Source of the DNA: Clostridia bacterium
GTDB lineage: Bacteria > Bacillota > Clostridia > JAAYHZ01
Reading direction: 5' to 3'
Assembly: GCA_050950825.1 (NCBI GenBank)
Contig: JBMNIH010000002.1
Span: 288,001-352,000, forward strand
DNA: 64,000 bases
A program made the position numbers and the translations under genes. The notes below the pieces were generated by a model. The model was given only the letters and a program-made list of their open reading frames with translations. It was not told where the DNA came from and did not search any database. Shown here in pieces: positions 40,763 to 49,029 of this stretch (its first letter is position 1; each line of letters opens with the position of its first letter).

Positions 40763-42895
40763 TTATCGGATGAGTGTGAAGTTTCTGAAAATATTAACCA
40801 GTGTATTCGCAACCGTTGACATTGTCTTGATAAAGATATCAAGGGCAACACCGACGACGTCTTTTCGTGTATCGCCGACAGTATCACCGGTAACCGCTGA
40901 TTTATGCGCTGCCGTTCCTTTGCCGTGTCCCTCCAGAGCTCCGGATTCGATATACTTTTTCGCATTATCAAACGCTCCACCGGAATTTCCCATAAAGATG
41001 GCACGCGGAATAGCGACAATCGTAGCTCCAATCAGCAAGCCACCGACAAATTCAACACCGAAAATAAATCCGCCCAGCACAGGAATTAACATAGCCAATA
41101 CGGAAGGGAACAGCATTTTACGGAGAGCTCCCTGTGTTGCCATCTGAATCATACGGTTATAATCCGGGCGAACTTTACCTTCCATGACACCGGGAACAGA
41201 CAGAAGTTTGTCGCCTTCATCAGCCATTGCACGTGCAGATTCAATCGTATTGTCCGTTAGAATTGCGCTGAAGTATTCTACCAAGGCACCGCCGATTACC
41301 GCACCGGCAACCACGGTGAAGCTGGCAATATTCAGAATCATTTCCGCATTTGCAGGAGTGTAATTACCGACATATGAAACGATCAAGCTTACCGTTGCAA
41401 AAGCGGCGCTGCCAATGGCGAAACCCTTACCGATAGCTGCGGTCGTATTACCGACGGCATCCAGTTTATCCGTAATCACGCGAACTTTATCGGGAAGGTG
41501 GCAGCTTTCAGCCAAACCACCGGCATTATCGGCAATCGGTCCGAACGCGTCAATGGAAACCGTTGTGCCAACGAAAGCGAGCATACCGAGAGATGCTACG
41601 GCAATACCATAGGTACCGCCTATTCTTCCGCTGACGAAAAGTGCGATACCGATCATCAGAATCGGCAGCAGACAGCTACGGCTTCCGATTGCGTCACCTT
41701 TGGTAATAACAAAGGCATCGCCCTCGGGTGCCATTTCGGCAAGTTTCCTGGTAGGTTTAAAGTCAGAAGAAGTATAATATTCGGTAATGGATCCGATTGC
41801 CACACCGCTGGCGAGACCGAGCACCGCGCAGATCCAAGGGCTTAACCAGCTTGCTCTCCATCCGTATGTTTCCAATGTGGCGGCATCGATCTTTCCGAAG
41901 ATAAGCCAAGATGCTCCCAGGCCAAGAATAACCGTTAATCCCGCAGAGATCCAGGTGGCCAGATTCAATTCGTGAGAAGGATCGTTTCCCATCTTTTTAA
42001 CATTCGCATACAGCATACCGATCAGGCAGCTCAACAAACCTGCTCCCGCAAGTATGATCGGGAAGATCACAGTCGGATTGAACATTTGTTCGATGTTGAA
42101 TTTCTCGAACATAATTACGGCAATCATGATGGTAGCGGACATCGTCGCAACAAAACTCTCAAGAAGGTCCGAGCAATTGCCGGCAATATCATTGACATTG
42201 TCCCCGATGAAGTCGGCAATAACATTCGGAATCCTGCTGTCGTCTTCAGGAAGGTCATTCCGGATTTTTCCTAGAATATCAGCGGAAATATCCGCAGCTT
42301 TTGTATAGTTGCCGCCTGCGACACGGTTGAACATGGCTACCAAAGAACATCCGAGCGAGTATGTTGATACACGCATTATGGAAGCGTTGACTCCTTGGAG
42401 GCGAGTCAGCAGACCGCCGCCATCCGCTTGGTGTGTGACTCCGCCCCAAATCAGCAGAACCGCAACCAGACCGAACATTCCGAAAGCTTGAACGCTCAAA
42501 CCGGAGATGCTGCCTCCGCACAACGCCACCTTAACAGTATCACCTATGGACATGCTTTCACGTGCTTTATTTGCCGTTCTTACGTTAGCGTATGTAGCGC
42601 TTTTCATCCCAAGTACGCACGCACAGCTGCTCATGGCGGCACCAACCAAGAAAGTAATACCGGCGGTTTTTTCTACAAAAAGTGATAAAGTCAATGAAAT
42701 CAAAACAACAACAATGGAAATGGTTTTATATTCGGTTTTCATGAATGCATTCGCACCGGAACGGATGATTGCAGCCATTTCAACCATATCTGCTGTTCCC
42801 TCAGGCATTTTGCGGATCCGGATATAATTCCAGGCTACATATGCGAGGGTTACCGCAATGATACACAGTACAGTGATGATCCAAGTGAGAGACAT
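40763..42895 (-). CDS. hppA: Membrane-integral ion-translocating pyrophosphatase (K+-dependent type, probably Na+-pumping)
   Basis: Motifs GGNYTKAADISAD, PEDDSR, DNVND, EYYT, DAFGPIADNAGG, GNTTAA (Ala at the K+-dependence position), DNAKK and GDTVGD. DLLES places Glu as in Na+-PPases. Confidence 0.93.
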   Translation of the reverse strand: MSLTWIITVLCIIAVTLAYVAWNYIRIRKMPEGTADMVEMAAIIRSGANAFMKTEYKTISIVVVLISLTLSLFVEKTAGITFLVGAAMSSCACVLGMKSATYANVRTANKARESMSIGDTVKVALCGGSISGLSVQAFGMFGLVAVLLIWGGVTHQADGGGLLTRLQGVNASIMRVSTYSLGCSLVAMFNRVAGGNYTKAADISADILGKIRNDLPEDDSRIPNVIADFIGDNVNDIAGNCSDLLESFVATMSATIMIAVIMFEKFNIEQMFNPTVIFPIILAGAGLLSCLIGMLYANVKKMGNDPSHELNLATWISAGLTVILGLGASWLIFGKIDAATLETYGWRASWLSPWICAVLGLASGVAIGSITEYYTSSDFKPTRKLAEMAPEGDAFVITKGDAIGSRSCLLPILMIGIALFVSGRIGGTYGIAVASLGMLAFVGTTVSIDAFGPIADNAGGLAESCHLPDKVRVITDKLDAVGNTTAAIGKGFAIGSAAFATVSLIVSYVGNYTPANAEMILNIASFTVVAGAVIGGALVEYFSAILTDNTIESARAMADEGDKLLSVPGVMEGKVRPDYNRMIQMATQGALRKMLFPSVLAMLIPVLGGFIFGVEFVGGLLIGATIVAIPRAIFMGNSGGAFDNAKKYIESGALEGHGKGTAAHKSAVTGDTVGDTRKDVVGVALDIFIKTMSTVANTLVNIFRNFTLIR

Positions 42896-43123
42896 TTTCT
42901 TTCCTTCCTTTCTCTTTTCCCTTTTGGTTTTGCATCGATGTATCGGTTTGTTCCAAGTCAAGAAATAACTGCCGGGGAAACGCTTTTATTTCCCACAGTT
43001 GACTCAGAACCTTTCACATTATACTACATTTTGCCGCTAATTTTCCGGAAAGAATAAGCAGTAACAGAATGATTCATTACGAGATACGCAATACCATGAT
43101 ATAATACCTGTATCCATTCGGAG

Positions 43124-44206
43124 GTGAGCATTACGGATCGATTAAGAGCATTTCTTCAAAAAAATCAAATAGTAAAAAATGCACTTATCCTTGTGTTAAC
43201 GCTTGGCGCAACACTCGGACTTACGATACTTTTGTCTTTCATCAATGACGATAACAACCCCTTTGCTATGGCTGTTTTTATTATGGCTGTGGTCATTGTG
43301 GCCCGTTGGACAGACGGGTACATTTGGGGAATAGTTGCTGCTCTCATAGGTACATTTTGCGTAAACTATATTTTCACCTATCCGTTTTGGACATTCAGTA
43401 TCGACTATACAGGATATCCTCTGACTTTTACGGTCATGCTGATTGTATCGATACTGATCAGTACACTGACTACACAGATCAAACAGCAGGAACGGCTTCG
43501 GTTTGACATTGAACGAGAAAAAATGTACTCCAATTTATTGCGTGCGATTGCTCATGATTTGCGCACACCTTTGACTGCCATTATCGGGGCGAGTTCAACA
43601 ATACAAGAGCAGGAATTATCTGCTGACGATCTGATCCGTCTTGCGGAAGGTATCCGCAAAGATGCGGAATGGCTTGTACGTGTAACTGAAAATCTGTTGT
43701 CTGTCACTCGTGTCAGCGATCACGGTATGATAAAAAAAGAGGATGAAGTATTGGAAGAGATTATAGGCAGTGCAATTATGAAATATCATCGGTTCCCGGA
43801 TTCTTTGCCTGTGGAATCCGACACACTTAAAGATATTATTCTTGTTCCGATGGAGGCAATGTTAATCGAACAGGTTTTGATTAATTTGTTCGACAATGTG
43901 AATGCCCATGCGGAAGGTGCTTCAAAAATTTGGATTCACCTCAAGAAAGAGAATGGCAAGGTTTTTATCTCTGTTGAAGATGACGGATGCGGTATTCCGA
44001 CGTCATTATTACCTCAGATTCTTGACGGAACATATCTGTCCAAACGCAGCAGAAGCGATGATCGGCGTAGCATGGGAATAGGGCTGTCCGTATGCAGGTC
44101 CATCATCGAAGCACATGAAGGACAATTGTCTGCCGGGAAGAGCCGTCATGGCGGTGCCGCATTTGTTTTCTCATTACCGTGTAAGGAGAATATGTATGTC
44201 GAATAA
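43124..44206 (+). CDS. KdpD-like sensor histidine kinase lacking the N-terminal KdpD/Usp domains
   Basis: Four-TM DUF4118-like region, HDLRTPL H-box, and N, D and G boxes (EDDGCG, GIGLS). Confidence 0.88.
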   Translation: MSITDRLRAFLQKNQIVKNALILVLTLGATLGLTILLSFINDDNNPFAMAVFIMAVVIVARWTDGYIWGIVAALIGTFCVNYIFTYPFWTFSIDYTGYPLTFTVMLIVSILISTLTTQIKQQERLRFDIEREKMYSNLLRAIAHDLRTPLTAIIGASSTIQEQELSADDLIRLAEGIRKDAEWLVRVTENLLSVTRVSDHGMIKKEDEVLEEIIGSAIMKYHRFPDSLPVESDTLKDIILVPMEAMLIEQVLINLFDNVNAHAEGASKIWIHLKKENGKVFISVEDDGCGIPTSLLPQILDGTYLSKRSRSDDRRSMGIGLSVCRSIIEAHEGQLSAGKSRHGGAAFVFSLPCKENMYVE

Positions 44207-44924
44207 GATTCTTCAGAAGATTTTGATTATTGAGGACGATCCGGGTATTCTGAATTATCTGAAAACAACCGTTGAAGCGGCCGGATATGAAACCGTTACG
44301 GCAACCGATGGAAAATTAGCACTCCATATGATTACTTCTCACTGTCCCGATTGCATTTTGCTTGATCTTGGACTTCCGGATATGGATGGGAGTGATATCA
44401 TAACAAGCGTCCGAAAATGGACATTGACCCCCATCATCGTGATTTCTGCGCGAAGCTCGGAAGAAAACAAGGCGCTCGCCTTGGACTCCGGGGCGGATGA
44501 TTATATAACGAAGCCCTTTGGTTCGATCGAATTGCTTGCCCGTATACGAACGGCATTGAGGCATTCACTCATCGCAGCAGAGAACAAAGAAATCGGAATA
44601 GACGGTTGTTATCATGTCGGGGAGCTGGAAATTGACTATAAAAAGTTAAGAGTGTGTGTGCGCGGGAAAGATGTTCATCTGACTCCGAACGAATTCAGAA
44701 TCGTAGCTCTACTGGGCAAACATCCGGGGCGTGTGCTTACATATAAATCGATATTGCGGGAGCTTTGGGGCCCCTCCGCCCCTATGGATAATAAAATTTT
44801 ACGTGTTCATATGGCCAGTATCCGCAGAAAGATTGAAAAAGATCCGACGAACCCTCAGTACATTTTCACAGAGGTTGGCGTGGGCTACAGAATTGCGGAG
44901 AACACGCAGGAGACCGACTATTAA
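44196..44924 (+). CDS. KdpE-like OmpR-family response regulator
   Basis: Motifs IEDD, LLDLGLPDMDG, ADDYITKPF, LRVHMASIRRKIE and TEVGVGYR. Confidence 0.92.
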   Translation: MSNKILQKILIIEDDPGILNYLKTTVEAAGYETVTATDGKLALHMITSHCPDCILLDLGLPDMDGSDIITSVRKWTLTPIIVISARSSEENKALALDSGADDYITKPFGSIELLARIRTALRHSLIAAENKEIGIDGCYHVGELEIDYKKLRVCVRGKDVHLTPNEFRIVALLGKHPGRVLTYKSILRELWGPSAPMDNKILRVHMASIRRKIEKDPTNPQYIFTEVGVGYRIAENTQETDY

Positions 44925-45058
44925 CGATAAAAACACCCATTCATCACCTGAAGCGAGCAATTATAGAGCATTTTCTTTATCGGCATATATTTATTACCAT
45001 AAGAAAGACGAATTCATCAAGTAAAAATAATTAACAAAGGGGCTTAAGCAAAATTTCC

Positions 45059-46447
45059 GATAGTGTCTTGTCAAGTGGTGTAAAATGATTTCTACTTTAT
45101 CTTCCCTTCGTTTCATTTATGTAAGATAGCAATCGGAGCTAATGAAAACCCATTAGCCTGTGTAAGCTTTTCCATAGATTCTAAACTGAAGTATCGCCGC
45201 CCTACCTGCCATTCATCGTTCTGCTCCATAAGCATAGTACCTACAAGGCGAATAACGGCATCACGATTAGGAAATATGCATACAACATCAGTCCGACGGC
45301 GTATCTCACGATTAAGCCGTTCCAATGGATTCGTAGAATGAATCTGTATCCAATGCTCACGGGGAAAGGCCATATACGCCAATATATCCTCTTCGGCTGC
45401 TTCAAGGATTTCCATTGCTTTCGGAAAACGCCCCCTCAGTTCATCTACCACATGTCTTAGCTGTTCCCTTGCGGATTCCTGATCATTTTGTGCAAAAATG
45501 GTGCGTATGATTGAGGAGACCATTCCTTGGCACTTCTTCGGCACTTGGCTTAATACGTTCCGCATAAAATGTACTCGGCATCTTTGCCATGTGCTCCCGG
45601 TTAAAACCTTCTTTATGGCGGATTTTAACCCCTCATGGGCATCACTTACAACTAACTTCACCCCTTTAAGTCCCCTTGCTACAAGCTTTCTCAGAAACTC
45701 TTCCCAAAAAGCTCCGTCTTCACTCATGCCGACATCAAAACCTAGTATCTCTCGTTCACCGGACTGATTTACACCTACGGCTATTACAAGTGCCATACTG
45801 CATACTCTTCCACCTTCACGAACCTTAGGAAAAGTAGCATCAAGCCAAAGATAAGGGTATTCTCCTTCGAGTATGCGGTTCTTGAACTCGGTGACAAAGC
45901 CATCCAATTGCTTGCTGATCCCGGAAACTTCGCTTTTATCCATCCCTTTAATTCCGAGAGATTCTACCAACTCATCTACTTTTCTAGTGCTGACACCGTG
46001 CACATAAGCTTCCTGCACCACATTTAATAAAGCTTTTTCTGACATCTTCCGAGGCTCTAATAAACTTGGGAAATAGCTTCCATGCCTCAATTTGGGTATG
46101 CTTAACTGTAACGTACCAAGGCGAGTATCCCATTCTCTTTGTCGGTATCCATTACGATGATTGTTCCGATTCTCACTTCGTTCATACTTTTCCGCACCGA
46201 TCATCGACGTAACTTCCGCATCCATCAGAGCATTGATTAACAGCGTAAGCGCTTCCTTTAAAAAATCCTTATCTTTTTCAACAACATACTTGCTAAGTTG
46301 CTCTAAAAGTGACATTCTATTATTAGTAGCCACGGTATGACCTCCTTTACTTTATCTTTTTTGTGATCTAATAAAGTAAAAATCATATGGTGGTTACTCT
46401 TGTCAAGCATACTCCACGAAATTTACACCACTACTTAAGACTATAAC
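45059..46447 (-). mobile_element. IS256-family insertion sequence
   Basis: Imperfect 26-bp TIRs GATAGTGTCTTGTCAAGTGGTGTAAA and (reverse complement) GTTATAGTCTTAAGTAGTGGTGTAAA. The flanks do not match, so no TSD is visible. Confidence 0.88.
45113..46333 (-). CDS. IS256 family transposase
   Basis: Motifs RNGY, LDAT, SDAHEGL, QRCRVHF and STNPLERLNREIRRR. Confidence 0.96.
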   Translation of the reverse strand: MATNNRMSLLEQLSKYVVEKDKDFLKEALTLLINALMDAEVTSMIGAEKYERSENRNNHRNGYRQREWDTRLGTLQLSIPKLRHGSYFPSLLEPRKMSEKALLNVVQEAYVHGVSTRKVDELVESLGIKGMDKSEVSGISKQLDGFVTEFKNRILEGEYPYLWLDATFPKVREGGRVCSMALVIAVGVNQSGEREILGFDVGMSEDGAFWEEFLRKLVARGLKGVKLVVSDAHEGLKSAIKKVLTGSTWQRCRVHFMRNVLSQVPKKCQGMVSSIIRTIFAQNDQESAREQLRHVVDELRGRFPKAMEILEAAEEDILAYMAFPREHWIQIHSTNPLERLNREIRRRTDVVCIFPNRDAVIRLVGTMLMEQNDEWQVGRRYFSLESMEKLTQANGFSLAPIAILHK

Positions 46448-46790
46448 GTAACAGCTGTTACCGCAACTGTTGCTTCTGTAACAAAACATAAGAGATTTTG
46501 GAACCTATAGGACCTAAGACCAAAACCAAAGCAACTCTCGAAATAATAACTAAACCTTTACAGAGGAAATAACAGAACCGATACCGGAGACAACGACCTC
46601 AGCAGTGACTATACCGGTAACATCATCAAAGCCTAAAGATACTTTTGACGAAATCCAAGTTAGTTTTTTCGATGTTGCCAAGCCGATTTAATATTGATTA
46701 AGACCGATGAAACATAGATACATATAGATACCGGAAACAATAATGATGGTGCCGGTCTTGACTCATATTTAAGGGCCTTAGGAAAAATGG
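46448..46790 (+). pseudogene. Remnant of a ComEC/Rec2-like MBL-fold protein with a Thr/Pro-rich linker
   Basis: Fragments read ITEPIPETTTSAVTIPVT...EIQVSFFDV / QADLILIKT / IDTGNNNDG across frameshifts and stops. The 5' end is cut by IS256. Confidence 0.55.
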
Positions 46791-46965
46791 TCTATACTAA
46801 CCGGTTCCTTATATTTATTAGAACACTGAAGACTTCGTTACAGTACCAAAAGTCCTGTAGTATCAGACTCCCTGTTGTATTGAAGTCTTTCTTCACAATG
46901 TACATCAATGTAATTTTTTAAAAAAAGAACCCACAAACTGTTCTATCAATTTATGGGTTCTAATA

Positions 46966-47040
46966 TGGCTGGGATGGCAGGATTCGAACCTACGGATGCC
47001 AGAGTCAAAGTCTGGTGCCTTACCGCTTGGCGACATCCCA
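46966..47040 (-). tRNA. tRNA-Gln (UUG)
   Basis: Cloverleaf TGGGATG..., anticodon loop CTTTGAC, GGTTCGAATCC and encoded CCA. Confidence 0.97.
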
Positions 47041-47056
47041 AAGTATGAACATTTAA

Positions 47057-47134
<78 letters not shown>

Positions 47135-47225
47135 ATGTCCTCCCGAAAAGGCACGCGTTCATTTTAAGACAAAATTCGTTTTTTGTCAACAGCCTATTTT
47201 GAATATTTTTAAAAAAGCCGGATCT

Positions 47226-48932
47226 GCTCATTTGAAAAAGTAAATTCTACCCCCCGAGATACCTAATGTGGAATTTACTTTTTCAAATTCAGAAGTGGAA
47301 TTTAGTTTTTCAAAAAGGTAAGATGTTTATGGTGGTGCCTCTTTTGGAGGTACATATGAACAAGAACAAACATTTGACCTTGGAGGATAGGAATACTATT
47401 GAACTAAGATTAAAGGAAAGAGAATCCTTCAAAGCTATTGGACGTGAGCTTGGCAAGGATCCAACTACTATCGCTAAAGAAGTTAAAAACCACCTTCAGT
47501 TTAAAAAGACCGGTTGCTATGGAAAAGCCTTTAATGACTGCCGCATTAGAAAAAACTGTACTGTACGGCATCTTTGTGGCAGCAAAAGGTGCAGACGTTA
47601 CTGCTGCTTCTGTAACACCCATTTTTGTTCGACACTTTGCCCTGATTACCGGCAGGAAACATGTCAAAGACTTTCAAAGTCTCCTTATGTCTGCAATGGC
47701 TGCGAAGTCAAAACTTCCTGTACGCTGGAAAAAAGAACTTACTCTGCACTGCATGCGCAAAGAGAATACGAAGCAGTCCGTTCAGAGTCACGTCAGGGCG
47801 TACAACTAACCGAAGAAGATGCGCTGAGACTGGATTCTCTTATCAGCCCTCTCATTATGAAAGGCCAGTCTCTCCACCACATATGTGTTAGTCATGCAGA
47901 TGAAATCATGCTCAATGAACGCACTCTCTACAACTATGTGGACAAAGGCTTCTTTGCAGCCAGAAATATTGATATGCCTCGTGTTGTACGAATGGGAAAA
48001 CGCAAGAGGAAGAATGAACAGTTCAAGGTGGACAAGAAATGCCGGAACGGTCGCGCTTATCAGGATTTCCTTAAATTTATGGAGGAACATCCCGGGCTTC
48101 CTGTCGTTGAAATGGATACGGTCGAAGGAAGAAAAGGCGGCAAAGTGCTGTTGACGCTGCATTTTACCATACCTCAGCTAATGCTCGCATTTATCCGGGA
48201 TGCCAATACTTCACAGTCCGTTATTGACGTGTTCGATAGGCTTTACAAAGGACTTAATCCGGATGTATTTCGCAGCTTGTTTCAAGTGCTTCTCGGGGAT
48301 AATGGTAGTGAATTCTCCAATCCATCTGCCATTGAAATGGATTCTCAGGGAAAACAAAGGACCCGAATTTTTTATTGTGACCCTCAGGCGTCATATCAGA
48401 AAGGTGCAGCTGAAAACAACCATACGCTGATCAGACGTATAATCCCCAAGGGAACATCACTTGACAATTTTACGCAGGAGGACATAACACTTATGATGAA
48501 TCACATTAATTCCTACAAAAGACTCAATCTCGGTGATAAAAGCCCTTATGAAGTCTTCTCTTCCCTTTACGGTGAAGAAATCCTAAAAAAGATGGACGTG
48601 GAACCTATCGCGTCAGATATGGTCATCCTTCGTCCATCCCTTCTTAAAAAATAAAACTTTAATAAAGAGGCACCACCTGCCGTAACTTCATAAATACACA
48701 ATAAACAGGGGTGGAATTTACTCTTGCAAAAAGTGAGCTAACATTTCACCCTTTATTTAGTGCACCCTAAAAACGGTTGGTTTTGCGCTCTTTACTCATA
48801 TTTTATACTATTCATAAGTAAAAGTCACTGAAAATAAACCTTATTTTATTGCTGGATTAATATTGTTTTCTCCCGGTTTCAGAATCTGTGGAATTTACTT
48901 ACGCAAAGTGGAATTTAACTTTTCAATTCACC
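47226..48932 (+). mobile_element. IS30-family insertion sequence with a 13-bp target duplication
   Basis: 25-bp imperfect TIRs (19/25 identical); AAAAGCCGGATCT at 47213-47225 and 48933-48945. Confidence 0.9.
47356..48654 (+). CDS. IS30 family transposase with a Cys-rich insertion
   Basis: HLTLEDR HTH, EMDTV, DNGSEF and QKGAAENNH; GGAGG RBS. Confidence 0.95.
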   Translation: MNKNKHLTLEDRNTIELRLKERESFKAIGRELGKDPTTIAKEVKNHLQFKKTGCYGKAFNDCRIRKNCTVRHLCGSKRCRRYCCFCNTHFCSTLCPDYRQETCQRLSKSPYVCNGCEVKTSCTLEKRTYSALHAQREYEAVRSESRQGVQLTEEDALRLDSLISPLIMKGQSLHHICVSHADEIMLNERTLYNYVDKGFFAARNIDMPRVVRMGKRKRKNEQFKVDKKCRNGRAYQDFLKFMEEHPGLPVVEMDTVEGRKGGKVLLTLHFTIPQLMLAFIRDANTSQSVIDVFDRLYKGLNPDVFRSLFQVLLGDNGSEFSNPSAIEMDSQGKQRTRIFYCDPQASYQKGAAENNHTLIRRIIPKGTSLDNFTQEDITLMMNHINSYKRLNLGDKSPYEVFSSLYGEEILKKMDVEPIASDMVILRPSLLKK

Positions 48933-49029
48933 AAAAGCCGGATCTCTCTGATGTCTGTTTGATATATAAAAGGTATATGCTATGCGCCTTTCGACGATAA
49001 AGCATATACCCTTCATTATCTACATATAA

